Shown in pieces: positions 30,240-39,352 of a stretch of 64,000 nt of DNA. The notes beneath the pieces were generated by a model. That model worked only from the letters and a program-made list of their open reading frames with translations, searched no databases and had not been told where the DNA came from. Origin of the DNA: Trueperaceae bacterium (lineage in GTDB: Bacteria; Deinococcota; Deinococci; Deinococcales; Trueperaceae). The first letter of the stretch is position 1, and every line of letters starts with the position of its first letter. The stretch lies in assembly GCA_965215565.1 (NCBI GenBank), contig CBDCDZ010000004.1, forward strand, positions 2,304,001 to 2,368,000, read 5' to 3'. A program made the position numbers and the translations under genes.

Positions 30240-31168
30240 TGCCTAGTCGCCGCAAGCGCGTCGTCAACCTCATGCGTGAAGGACAAGAAAAGCTCATCGC
30301 GACCTTTGAAGAGATTGACGGTGAGGGAACCTTTGAGCCGCACACCTGGGAGCGTCCCGGTGGTGGCGGTGGTTGGGCGAGAGTTTTAGAGGGGGGCAAG
30401 GTTTTTGAACGCGCAGGCGTCAACTACTCCGTGATTCAGGGTAAAGAGGTTCCCCCGAGCCTCGCCGCACATCACCCCGGCACGGAGGGCAAACCTTATT
30501 TCGTCACAGGCATCTCGATGGTCTTGCATCCGCGCAACCCTTACGCGCCCGCCTTTCACGCCAACTACCGCTATTTTGAAGTGGGTGAAGCAGGCGACGA
30601 GAGCGACGTGTGGTGGTTCGGTGGCGGCGCGGATATGACGCCGAACTATCCTTTCGAAGGGGACGCCGTTCACTTCCACCAAACGCTCAAAGCGCAGTGT
30701 GACCGCCATCCGGTAGGGGACTACGCCACGCTCAAAGAGACGTGCGACACCTACTTTTATATCAAGCATCGTCATGAAATGAGAGGTATCGGTGGTATCT
30801 TCTTCGATGAGCTTTCGCCGGTGGGTCAGGGCAACTGGGAGACGGATTTTTCTTTTGTGAGCGATGGGATTGAGACGATTTTAGAGGCGTATCCTCCCAT
30901 CGTCCGCAAACGCCTGGATACTCCTTACGGTGAACGTGAAAGACAGTGGCAACTCTATCGGCGCGGGCGCTACGTCGAATTCAACCTCGTGTATGACCGG
31001 GGGACGCTCTTCGGCTTACAGACGAGTGGCAACATCGAAGCGATTTTGATGAGTATGCCGCCCTTAGCGCACTGGGCGTTTAATGTTCAACCTGAAGCGG
31101 GCACGCCGGAAGCGAAGATGCTCTCTTTTTTGCAGCCGAGGGACTGGGTGAAGGAGCCGGTCAGCTAG
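30239..31168 (+). CDS. hemF: Oxygen-dependent coproporphyrinogen III oxidase
   Basis: GGGG, HPRNPY, HANYRYF, WWFGGG.D.TP, RGIGGIFFD, RRGRYVEFNL.YDRGTLFGL. Confidence 0.97.
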   Translation: MPSRRKRVVNLMREGQEKLIATFEEIDGEGTFEPHTWERPGGGGGWARVLEGGKVFERAGVNYSVIQGKEVPPSLAAHHPGTEGKPYFVTGISMVLHPRNPYAPAFHANYRYFEVGEAGDESDVWWFGGGADMTPNYPFEGDAVHFHQTLKAQCDRHPVGDYATLKETCDTYFYIKHRHEMRGIGGIFFDELSPVGQGNWETDFSFVSDGIETILEAYPPIVRKRLDTPYGERERQWQLYRRGRYVEFNLVYDRGTLFGLQTSGNIEAILMSMPPLAHWAFNVQPEAGTPEAKMLSFLQPRDWVKEPVS

Positions 31169-31340
31169 TCAGCATAGGTGAAGGCACAGGTGATCGCTGA
31201 ACAGGTGAAGGCTAAGAGCCTATAGAGCTTTGCTCTAACCTGTGCGACCGGCTTTACGCCGTAACCTGTAAAAGCCTTGAGCTTTGCTCTAACCTGTGTC
31301 AGCTTGTCAGGTTTTTGCCTTTCCTGAAGTGCTGACTAGC
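31164..31340. repeat. Inverted-repeat-bounded element
   Basis: GCTAGTCAGCA...TGCTGACTAGC 11-bp perfect ends; internal repeat GAGCTTTGCTCTAACCTGTG twice; related TCAGCAYTTC..GAARTGCTGA hairpins at 29522-29560 and 57507-57545. Confidence 0.65.
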
Positions 31341-31359
31341 TGAAATGCTAAACTACCCT

Positions 31360-31890
31360 ATGCTCAAACCTCACCCTTTCACCGTAGACGACTTTATGGT
31401 TATGGTCAATGCGGGGCTTTTTGAGGACCAGCGCGTCGAACTTCTTGATGGGATGATTGTTGATACGAGCCCCGCTGACTCTAACCATGAATACACTATT
31501 GACAAATTGGGGAAACGTTTTTACCAGATGCTACCCGAGGATACACTGCTGCGCGTGCAAAATTCCATCGATATTGTACGTTCTGAGTGGCTCCCCCACC
31601 CTGATATCACAGTTATCGAACAGAAATATTCTCAGTCGCGCCCCACGCCGAAGAATGTGTTCTTTCTCGTTGAAGTCGCTAACACGTCGCTCCAACTCGA
31701 TCTAGGACATAAGCGCAGTATCTACGCGAAAGTCGACATCAAGGACTATTGGGTTGCCGATATCAACACCGAACGGTGGACCGTTCACCGCGAGCCCAAA
31801 GGCGAGCGATACGAAACAGTCTTTGAGGTTCCTTTCGGCGAAGCGTTCGCGCCCTTAGCCTTTCCTAACGACGTTCACGTGTGGCTCTAA
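31360..31890 (+). CDS. Uma2-family (DUF820) endonuclease-fold protein
   Basis: RVELLDG.I, PD, LVEVA.TS...D...K...YA...I.DYW; start 31360 after TGcTAAACT. Confidence 0.9.
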   Translation: MLKPHPFTVDDFMVMVNAGLFEDQRVELLDGMIVDTSPADSNHEYTIDKLGKRFYQMLPEDTLLRVQNSIDIVRSEWLPHPDITVIEQKYSQSRPTPKNVFFLVEVANTSLQLDLGHKRSIYAKVDIKDYWVADINTERWTVHREPKGERYETVFEVPFGEAFAPLAFPNDVHVWL

Positions 31891-31896
31891 ATCTAA

Positions 31897-32325
31897 GTGG
31901 TTCTCGTTTACGTTCAGCATTTTCTCAGCGATGAAGGGCGGCGCTACTTTCCCACTTGGCTGAAAGAAACGGCTGACGCGCTTCGCTCATTTGAAGGATT
32001 TGCATTAATCAGGCAGCTCGAGCATATTGAGAAGACACAAACGCGCTACTTGGCGCTCGAGTTCACCTCTTTAGACCTCTTGCGCGTTTAGTCTAAGAGC
32101 CAAGAACACGACGCGCTCATCGCGAAGCTATAGCAATTAACATAAGTATTGATTGGAATAGCGCAAGTATCATTCTCAAATGTGCGTGCTGCTTACGAAG
32201 TTTTCGCAAAGCGAAACGGTGTTCTACATCGTGAGAGCGTCTCAAACCAAATGATACTTGCTATAGAACCTTACCGCTACCAGAAACAGCGCTCGCAAGT
32301 TTTTGAAGTAGGGAAGCTTTTGTAA
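31897..32325 (+). pseudogene. ABM-like small protein disrupted by a nonsense codon and a MITE insertion
   Basis: Reads ...LDLLRV*SKSQEHDALIAKL[insert]EPYRYQKQRSQVFEVGKLL*; removing the insert plus one TA restores the frame. Confidence 0.75.
32131..32263 (-). mobile_element. MITE-like element, family A, with TA target duplication
   Basis: aagc-TA-[TAGCAA...TACTTGCTA]-TA-gaacc. Confidence 0.8.
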
Positions 32326-32334
32326 GCTCTCTTA

Positions 32335-33300
32335 CTAGGACTGCCGCCCCAGCTCGCCTTGCGCCGGGCGCTCCCCGCGCAAAAACGCCACGACTTGCCA
32401 CGCGACGACGGGAAAGCTCACTAGGGACAAAAACCAGTACGCGAAGAGCGTGTAGCCGAGACCTACGAGCGTCGCCTGTTCGGGGCTCATCTGAGAGCCG
32501 AGGAGCGCCACAAATGCGGCGTCGCGCGTGCCGATGCCGCTGACTGTGACGGGCACGAGCCCCGCTAGAATCGCCAGCGGAAACACAGCGTAGGCGAAGC
32601 CTAAGCCTAAACCGGTGCCGAACGCTTGCGACAGCGCGAAAACAGTAAAACCGCCCAGCGACCAGGTCAGCACCGACGCGCCCAGCGTTTGTGTGATGGC
32701 GGCGCGGTTTTTAAGCCAGCGGGTGAAGACGCTGCGTAAGTCCTGCAGGATTTGCGCCACCTTATCTGGCAGGGGCAACTTCTCTACCGGCAACAAGGTC
32801 ACGACTAAGAAAACGCCCAAGACGCCCCCCAAGAGACCTATCCCGGCGACGAGTCCCCAAAGCGTGCCGTTTACCAGCAAGCCGAAAAGTCCGAGTGCAC
32901 CTAGAACGCCTAAATCGACAAGGCGCTCCAAGATCACTGTTCCCGTTCCTTTGCTGAGCCCGCCATGTTCGCGCAGATAGACGGCTTTGGCGACGTCGCC
33001 CGACTTCGAGGGCAAAAAGCTGTTTAGCACGTTCGCCATCATCACAGCGCGAAGCGCGACGAGAAAGGGGAGCTGCGTATCTTGCGCCCGCAGTACGCCG
33101 AGCCAGCGAAACACGCTGGTGAAGGGCAGCGCGCAGGTGAGAAGCGCCGCTAACAGCAGCCAACCCCAGTTGGCGTTACTGAGCAGTTCACCCGTTTGCG
33201 CCAAGTCGATGCGGGCGAGCAGCCATACAACGAGCCCGGCTGAGACGAGGACGCTCACGAGCCCTAAGAGAGTACGTTTATTGTCGCGCATCATGGTCAT
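32335..33300 (-). CDS. UPF0104 / lysylphosphatidylglycerol-synthase-TM family (AglD2-like flippase)
   Basis: RW, NSFLPSKSGD..K, ERLVD, PVTVSGIGTRD motifs; polytopic. Confidence 0.9.
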   Translation of the reverse strand: MTMMRDNKRTLLGLVSVLVSAGLVVWLLARIDLAQTGELLSNANWGWLLLAALLTCALPFTSVFRWLGVLRAQDTQLPFLVALRAVMMANVLNSFLPSKSGDVAKAVYLREHGGLSKGTGTVILERLVDLGVLGALGLFGLLVNGTLWGLVAGIGLLGGVLGVFLVVTLLPVEKLPLPDKVAQILQDLRSVFTRWLKNRAAITQTLGASVLTWSLGGFTVFALSQAFGTGLGLGFAYAVFPLAILAGLVPVTVSGIGTRDAAFVALLGSQMSPEQATLVGLGYTLFAYWFLSLVSFPVVAWQVVAFLRGERPAQGELGRQS

Positions 33301-33360
33301 AAGTTGTCGCTTTCTATGTGTAGTCTTACTACTTTTTATTGGACGTCTTTGTTGAATGTT

Positions 33361-34083
33361 TTACTTATGGGATTTGGCGAAAAAGACGCCGATGCCAGCG
33401 GCGAACGCGAGTGACAGCGCCGCATTCATCTCTAGTACCTCTTCTAAAAATACCCATTCTTGGGATATGCTACCCCGGCTGTCGATGAAGAGCGCTATGA
33501 GCGCTAAGCTTGCGGCTGACGCAACGTAGAGCCAAGCCGAGCGCGGCGCGAGGATCGCTTCAAGGATAACGTGTAGTCTGCGGCGTAAAAGCCACGCGCC
33601 CAAACCGAGCGGCAAAAGCACGCTAAGCGCAAAGCCAGCGTACCCAGGTATGCCTAGTTTCAGAAACTCCAAAACCGCGACGCGGCTAAAGTCGTGCAGG
33701 GCGTCTAAGGTCATACCGTTGGGTAAAGTTGGAAAGGGCAAGCCAGGGAAAAACCGCTGACCGTAGCTTATCTCTTCTAGCACGCCTACGAAACAGAGCC
33801 CGGCGAGGGCGCTCATCCCTCTAAAGCGGTACGCGCGGCTGCGTAAACCGAGCGCGAGGATGCCGACCCCCAAGAGGTAAAAGGCGAGACTCAAATTTTC
33901 GATCAGGGCGTCCTCGAGCACCAACGTCTTGCGAAGCTCAGGAAAGAATGCGTAAGCTATTCCGCAGAGACCAAAGCTGAGGGCGAGCAGCGCTACGTAG
34001 AGCATGACGGGCCACCAGGTTTGGGACACGCCGCGCTGCCTGGAGCGGCGGGAGGAGGGGGTAGAAAAGGATGACTGGCTCAA
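33361..34083 (-). CDS. Polytopic membrane protein
   Basis: ED..IENL, EEISYGQR, EEVLEM motifs of a conserved uncharacterised membrane family. Confidence 0.75.
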   Translation of the reverse strand: MSQSSFSTPSSRRSRQRGVSQTWWPVMLYVALLALSFGLCGIAYAFFPELRKTLVLEDALIENLSLAFYLLGVGILALGLRSRAYRFRGMSALAGLCFVGVLEEISYGQRFFPGLPFPTLPNGMTLDALHDFSRVAVLEFLKLGIPGYAGFALSVLLPLGLGAWLLRRRLHVILEAILAPRSAWLYVASAASLALIALFIDSRGSISQEWVFLEEVLEMNAALSLAFAAGIGVFFAKSHK

Positions 34084-34390
34084 GCTAAAACCTCACGCAA
34101 TCCGTATGACATTATACTAAAGTAAAGTTTAGATGTCGTACTTTTGACATCTAAACCGCGCGGAAAAGAGCCTTTAGCTGGGCGTATTATGCCGTTATCG
34201 ACGCGCGTTGATTCAAAGATGCTACCTCTGGCTAAGGGCTTCTCAGCGCGTACCCTCAGACGCTCTCAATTTACGCCATCATTCTTTCAGTTCAGTATTA
34301 CTATGACGAAGTCATGACACTGCCATGATATTTCGCAGACACTTGTACAAAACAAGTGTCTGAACTCGAGGTGTCGTTGCAGCGTCCGCG

Positions 34391-36097
34391 CTAGCGGTTG
34401 AGCGGAACGCTCCGCTCTAGCTCAAACCTCTTCGTCTGATTCAGTTTAGCGAGTTGTTCGCTATCCAGCGTGACACCTGACACACCTAATTCCTGGCTTT
34501 GAAAGTAGCGCGACTGCGGTACGTAACGCACAAAGAACTCGTCACCTAGCGAGAGCGAGGTGATGTTCATCTGTCCGTCTAGCGTGAAGGCGTCTAGGAG
34601 CGTCACCTTGTCCTCTGCGAACGTGACCTGCCGCCGGAATGATAGGGGCGCGGGGCGCTGCCCCAGCATGAGCGTCTTACGAATCTGCCCTTTCAAGAGG
34701 TGCGCGAGCTTAGGGGACCACCCCGTCAAGAGGAGCACACCGCGAAAGGCTAGATTTTTAGTGAGGTTGAAGACCTTGTGCGAGGGCACCCACTGCGCCT
34801 TGCCTGAGATTTCGAAGCCCTCTTCCCCCTGCTGCACCTTGAAGCTCGGATCGATCCACTGGCTCGTAAAGGTCTTGCCCTCGTCCGACTGACCGATGAG
34901 CCCGCAGTCGTTGAAGACGAGTTCGCCTTTGCCGTCCTCGCCGGAGCGGTTGAAAACTTTCAGCACGCCGCCCTTCGCGAGGTTGGCGATGGCGTAATAG
35001 CCCTGCGCGTTCTTGACGTAGACGCGGCAGCCGGGGAAAAACTCTGTGAACGGCTCGCGCTGGAAAGGTAGCGCGGGTCGGTCGTCCGGTTTATCCGCGT
35101 AGTCTAAGTACGCGAGCAAAAACTCCGGTACGCGGTAGACCAAATAACGGTCCGAGATGATTTCGGGCGGCACGAGCTTGTCCTCAGCGAGCCCGCCCAA
35201 GAGGTGCTCGGCGATGGAGCCCGCCAGCGGGATATCGTCCGCCATCACCTCGAAGCCGTGGCAGTAGAAGTGGAGCGTGTTGCGGCTGCCCATGCTGCCC
35301 GCGTAGAAGCCGTTCGGGTAGGCGAAGTAGCTGCACTTCTCTACGGACGCCTTCATCACCTCTAGAAGCCTGGGATCGGGGTTCGTCTGGTAGATTTTCG
35401 CCAAGAAGGAGACCGTCGCCGAGAGGTAGCCGGGGTCGATGCCGTCGTACTCAATGGACCAGCCCTCGTCGGTGTGATAGCTCAAGAAGTCGGTCCAGAC
35501 CTTTTCGAAACCCTTTTCGAGCGCCTCATCGCCTAAGAGTTCGTACGATTTCCAGACCGCTAAGCACGCCATCGCGTGGTGGTTCGCCAGGTGGTCCTCT
35601 TCGGACTCGCCTGCGGCGATGAAGTGCGCGGCCTTTCTGACCGCCTCCGTGACCTTGTCGCGTACGCCCTTGGGCACTTCATCGCCGAGGATGTTGAGCG
35701 CTTCGATGGTCGTGTAAGTCGTAAAGGCGGTGGGTCCAACCCAGCCACGCTCGTAAGGATAAAACTCGTCGAACGAGCCGTCCTTGTGCTGGATGTCCAC
35801 CCAGAAGGAGAGCCCTGCGACGGTCCAGTCGCGGACCTTATCGTTCTGATAGTAGATATTGCCGGGCATATCATGCTTATAAACGAGCGCCAGCGCGTGC
35901 ACGGCGAACTGACGCACGGCGTCGGGGAAGTCGGAAGTCTTATCCAGCCAGTAGTCGCGGTGCAAGCAGCCGTACGTCGGCGAGGTCGGCGTGCGGTCCT
36001 GGTTGCTCAAAATCCTGGGAATCTGCTGCAGCGCCTTGTGCGCGTAGGTGTCTCTGAGCGCCGTTTGGCGGTCGAGCGTTGCCCCCGAAGTACTCAT
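34391..36097 (-). CDS. Conserved hypothetical protein, predicted alpha/alpha-toroid
   Basis: 568 aa; QHKDGSFDEFYP and EGWSIEYDGIDPGY motifs; 4-nt overlap with the GT2 gene. Confidence 0.8.
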   Translation of the reverse strand: MSTSGATLDRQTALRDTYAHKALQQIPRILSNQDRTPTSPTYGCLHRDYWLDKTSDFPDAVRQFAVHALALVYKHDMPGNIYYQNDKVRDWTVAGLSFWVDIQHKDGSFDEFYPYERGWVGPTAFTTYTTIEALNILGDEVPKGVRDKVTEAVRKAAHFIAAGESEEDHLANHHAMACLAVWKSYELLGDEALEKGFEKVWTDFLSYHTDEGWSIEYDGIDPGYLSATVSFLAKIYQTNPDPRLLEVMKASVEKCSYFAYPNGFYAGSMGSRNTLHFYCHGFEVMADDIPLAGSIAEHLLGGLAEDKLVPPEIISDRYLVYRVPEFLLAYLDYADKPDDRPALPFQREPFTEFFPGCRVYVKNAQGYYAIANLAKGGVLKVFNRSGEDGKGELVFNDCGLIGQSDEGKTFTSQWIDPSFKVQQGEEGFEISGKAQWVPSHKVFNLTKNLAFRGVLLLTGWSPKLAHLLKGQIRKTLMLGQRPAPLSFRRQVTFAEDKVTLLDAFTLDGQMNITSLSLGDEFFVRYVPQSRYFQSQELGVSGVTLDSEQLAKLNQTKRFELERSVPLNR

Positions 36098-37071
36098 CTT
36101 GGCTCCCTGTGCCTTGCGTTAGTTTTGTCGATAAGATCAGCGAGCATCCCGGTGGTGAGCACCTGAATCGCCGATACGAAGAGGATAATCCCTAAAACGA
36201 GCAGTCCCTCGCCGGAAAAGAGGCGGTACAGTAGAACTAAAAAGCTCGCGACGAAGAGCGTCAAGCTGATCGGCACGAACACCCTGAGCGGGTTGAAGTA
36301 CATGACCGTGCGCACGACGAGCTGCGTAAAGCGCACCGTGTCCTTGATGGGGCTGATTTTGGAGTCGCCCGCGCGGTGATAGTAGTCGATGGGCACGTAC
36401 TTCACGTTGTAGCCGTCCGAGAGCATAGCGAGCGTGATGGTCGTGGTGAACGAGAAGCTGTCGGGCAAAATGTGCATGAATTTCTTGACCGTCGTCTTGC
36501 GCATCACGCGCAGCCCAGAGTTGAGATCAGGGATGCTGGTGTCTGAGAGGTAGTTGGCGAGTTCGTTGAGCGCGCGCTTGGCGGGCTTGCGAATCGCGGG
36601 AATCTGCACGTTCTGCCCGGTCCGCGCGCCCACGAGCATGTCGCCGTCGCCTAGCGCCTTGACGAGTTCGGGTAGACGCTCGTTCGGGTAGGTGCCGTCG
36701 GCGTCGGTGATCGCCATAAGGTCGTACTGAGCGTTCTTGAGACCGGTCTTGAGCGCTGCGCCGTAGCCCTGGTTGACAGCGTGCTGAACGGCTTTTACAT
36801 GAGGTAGCGAGATTTTAGCGATGAGTTCGCCCGAGCCGTCCGTCGAGCCGTCGTCCACCAAGATGACTTCGTAGGTCAGCCCCGACTCGTTCATGTAGCG
36901 CGTCACATCGTGGACGGTCTCCTCGAGCGCCCCGATCTCGTTATAGACCGGAATGACGATAGAAACCGCTAGCGAACGTTCGGTCTGACCTTTCGGCAGA
37001 ACGTCCGCCGAGGGTTGCGGCGGCGCTTTAGGCGCTTCCGAGGTTCGCGGTGATTCTGATACTGAGTCCAT
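36094..37071 (-). CDS. GT2 glycosyltransferase (polyprenol-P-sugar synthase type)
   Basis: IPVYNE, VDDGSTD, NQGYG, DADG, DLNSG.R, two C-terminal TMs. Confidence 0.93.
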   Translation of the reverse strand: MDSVSESPRTSEAPKAPPQPSADVLPKGQTERSLAVSIVIPVYNEIGALEETVHDVTRYMNESGLTYEVILVDDGSTDGSGELIAKISLPHVKAVQHAVNQGYGAALKTGLKNAQYDLMAITDADGTYPNERLPELVKALGDGDMLVGARTGQNVQIPAIRKPAKRALNELANYLSDTSIPDLNSGLRVMRKTTVKKFMHILPDSFSFTTTITLAMLSDGYNVKYVPIDYYHRAGDSKISPIKDTVRFTQLVVRTVMYFNPLRVFVPISLTLFVASFLVLLYRLFSGEGLLVLGIILFVSAIQVLTTGMLADLIDKTNARHREPR

Positions 37072-37879
37072 AAATCATCTCCAAGTTGTGGGAAGTCTTT
37101 CGCGTAGGTCTCATGACCTTACGAAGTGCATCCGTGCTGCGATACGTGCGGTTGGGTCAGGGGACGCGCAGCGGCTCAAAGCGAGCGCCAACATGTAGGC
37201 GAGTATAACGTGTAAAGACGTGGGAATCGCAAGGGGGTCCATCCGCCGTTCTCTCATACGGATTGCGGGGGCGCTTCACCCTCATGAAATCCTCTAAACG
37301 TCCTTGCAGACGACGCCTAAATCTTATGGTCAGGTCCTGTGGACGAACGCCGCTCTTTCGTGAGGGTGCACCCTCACTCTTCACCTTTTCTTAACATGGG
37401 CGAGCGGATTCGTTCGTCTCGAGCCCTAGCGGTTAAAAGCGCACGCCCTAGCGCTGACGATATGCTACCTTAATAGTTGCATGTTCGAGACCGCCACGTG
37501 TGCACCGACAGAATCGGGAGGCTCGTCCGTTCAGCGTCGGGGTCATTCGCCCTTCTGGTTGGAGAGCACCGCCGAAGGCTACAGTCCAGCCTTGGCCCAG
37601 TGGGACGGCTTAGTGGTGAGATAATCGGTGGTGAGATAAACTGATAAGATATCCGAACATGAATTGCCACTGTCCGCAGGTGAGTCTCGCTGATACGCCT
37701 AAACGTGCGGTGAACTCGAGCTTACAGCTACGGGTTAAAGACCGCGCCGTGAACGCATTCAAACGCGACGTGTACGAGCGAACATAGCAAATATAGCGCG
37801 AATAGCGCAGAGTGATGATTTGATGACCCATCTTCTTTCACAGCACGCGGTTAGAGCACCGCAGCGCGACTAACGTTTC

Positions 37880-39031
37880 GTGCTCACGTCCGCTGTGTCC
37901 CCAACACCAACCCGAAGGATACGGGTTCTTTTCGTCTTGACAAAACTCAACAAGAACGGCGCAATCTTGAGCGTGCTAAGCACGATGAGGCATCTAGAGC
38001 CCAGTCGCTTTGAGCCCGTCCTATTTCTGGCTGAGCGCCCCGCTGACCCCGACTACTGGGACCCTCTTTTAAGGGGAATTCGCGTAGTTTACGGATTAGC
38101 GCCTGAGCGCACCTGGCCGCAGCGCTCTCCCGCTTGGTTAGGGCGACTTATCGGCGCGGCGCGGCGCGCGCACGTTTTAGTCGGCGCGCAAGAGGCGTCC
38201 TCGACGTACTTCGCGCTGCTCGCCGCCAAGCTCACGCACCGCCCCGTTTTAGGGCTTATCCAAAACTCGCTCCCGGACCACTTGGAGCATCTCCCCAAAA
38301 TTCACCGCCACCTCGTCAAGTTTCTCTATCCGCACCTTACGGGCGCGGTGGCAGTTTCTGACGGCGTCAAAGAGAGCTTGGAGCGGCTTGTGCCCGCGCT
38401 GGAGCAGCGCATCACGACGGCGTACAACCTCATCGAAGTGGAGCGGATTCGCGCAGCGTCGCGCGCGTCTATAGTGGGCGCTGCGCCGCCCTCTCACCCT
38501 TACATCATCGCGGTGGGACGACTCAGCTATCAGAAGGGATTCGACCTCTTGATCCGCGCGTACGCGGCGCTTAGGGCGCAAGGTCTTGAACATACGCTCG
38601 TCATTTTGGGTGACGGCTTAGAGGAAGACAACTTGCGGCGGCTCGCCGCGCAGCTCGGCGTCGAAGCGCACGTTCTCATGCCCGGCTTTATCGACAACCC
38701 GTACCCCTGGGTTCGCGGCGCGGCGGTGTTCGTCTCGAGTTCGCGCTACGAGGGCTTCTGCCGCGTCATCGCCGAAGCGCTAGCCGTCGGCACGCCCGTG
38801 GTTGCCACCGACTGCCCGAGCGGCCCCGCTGAAGTCTTGCGGGGCGGGCGCTACGGCGTCCTCGTCGAGAGCGGGGACCCGGCTGCGCTCGCCGAGGGCG
38901 TTCACTCGCTCCTCTGCGACCCGGCGCGGCTGCGAGCCTTGGGCGAGATAGGGCCTGCCAGGGCGAAAGCGTTCGCAGTGGGTGCAGCCCCGCACGCCTT
39001 CGAAGAGGCGATTTTGAGGGCGCTGTCTTAG
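37880..39031 (+). CDS. GT4 glycosyltransferase
   Basis: VGRLSYQKGFD, NPY, SRYEGFCRVIAEAL, TDCPSGP.E. Confidence 0.93.
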   Translation: MLTSAVSPTPTRRIRVLFVLTKLNKNGAILSVLSTMRHLEPSRFEPVLFLAERPADPDYWDPLLRGIRVVYGLAPERTWPQRSPAWLGRLIGAARRAHVLVGAQEASSTYFALLAAKLTHRPVLGLIQNSLPDHLEHLPKIHRHLVKFLYPHLTGAVAVSDGVKESLERLVPALEQRITTAYNLIEVERIRAASRASIVGAAPPSHPYIIAVGRLSYQKGFDLLIRAYAALRAQGLEHTLVILGDGLEEDNLRRLAAQLGVEAHVLMPGFIDNPYPWVRGAAVFVSSSRYEGFCRVIAEALAVGTPVVATDCPSGPAEVLRGGRYGVLVESGDPAALAEGVHSLLCDPARLRALGEIGPARAKAFAVGAAPHAFEEAILRALS

Positions 39032-39352
39032 TCGCTTTTAGGCTTAGCGGTTGAGGGAGAAGTTAGAAGCAAGAAGTTGGAAGTTAGAAGCGATTCTCCC
39101 TGCGTTTCACTGACGTTCGATACGCTTCCTGTCCCGTTTTCTCACGAACAGTGTAAAGCTGTCCTAAGTCGCCGTGTCTTCCTAGTCTCATACTGGGTGA
39201 CATGACCGATCCCAAGGGTGAAACAGTAAAACGAGGGAATGGTGTCTTGGCGGATGAGTCCACTGGACCTTGTAGAACCGGCGTTACGAGAGGAACCTGG
39301 CGCTCGACATCAAGTTCCGCCTCCTCTAAGCGTGGTTTTCGAAGGGCGCGTC

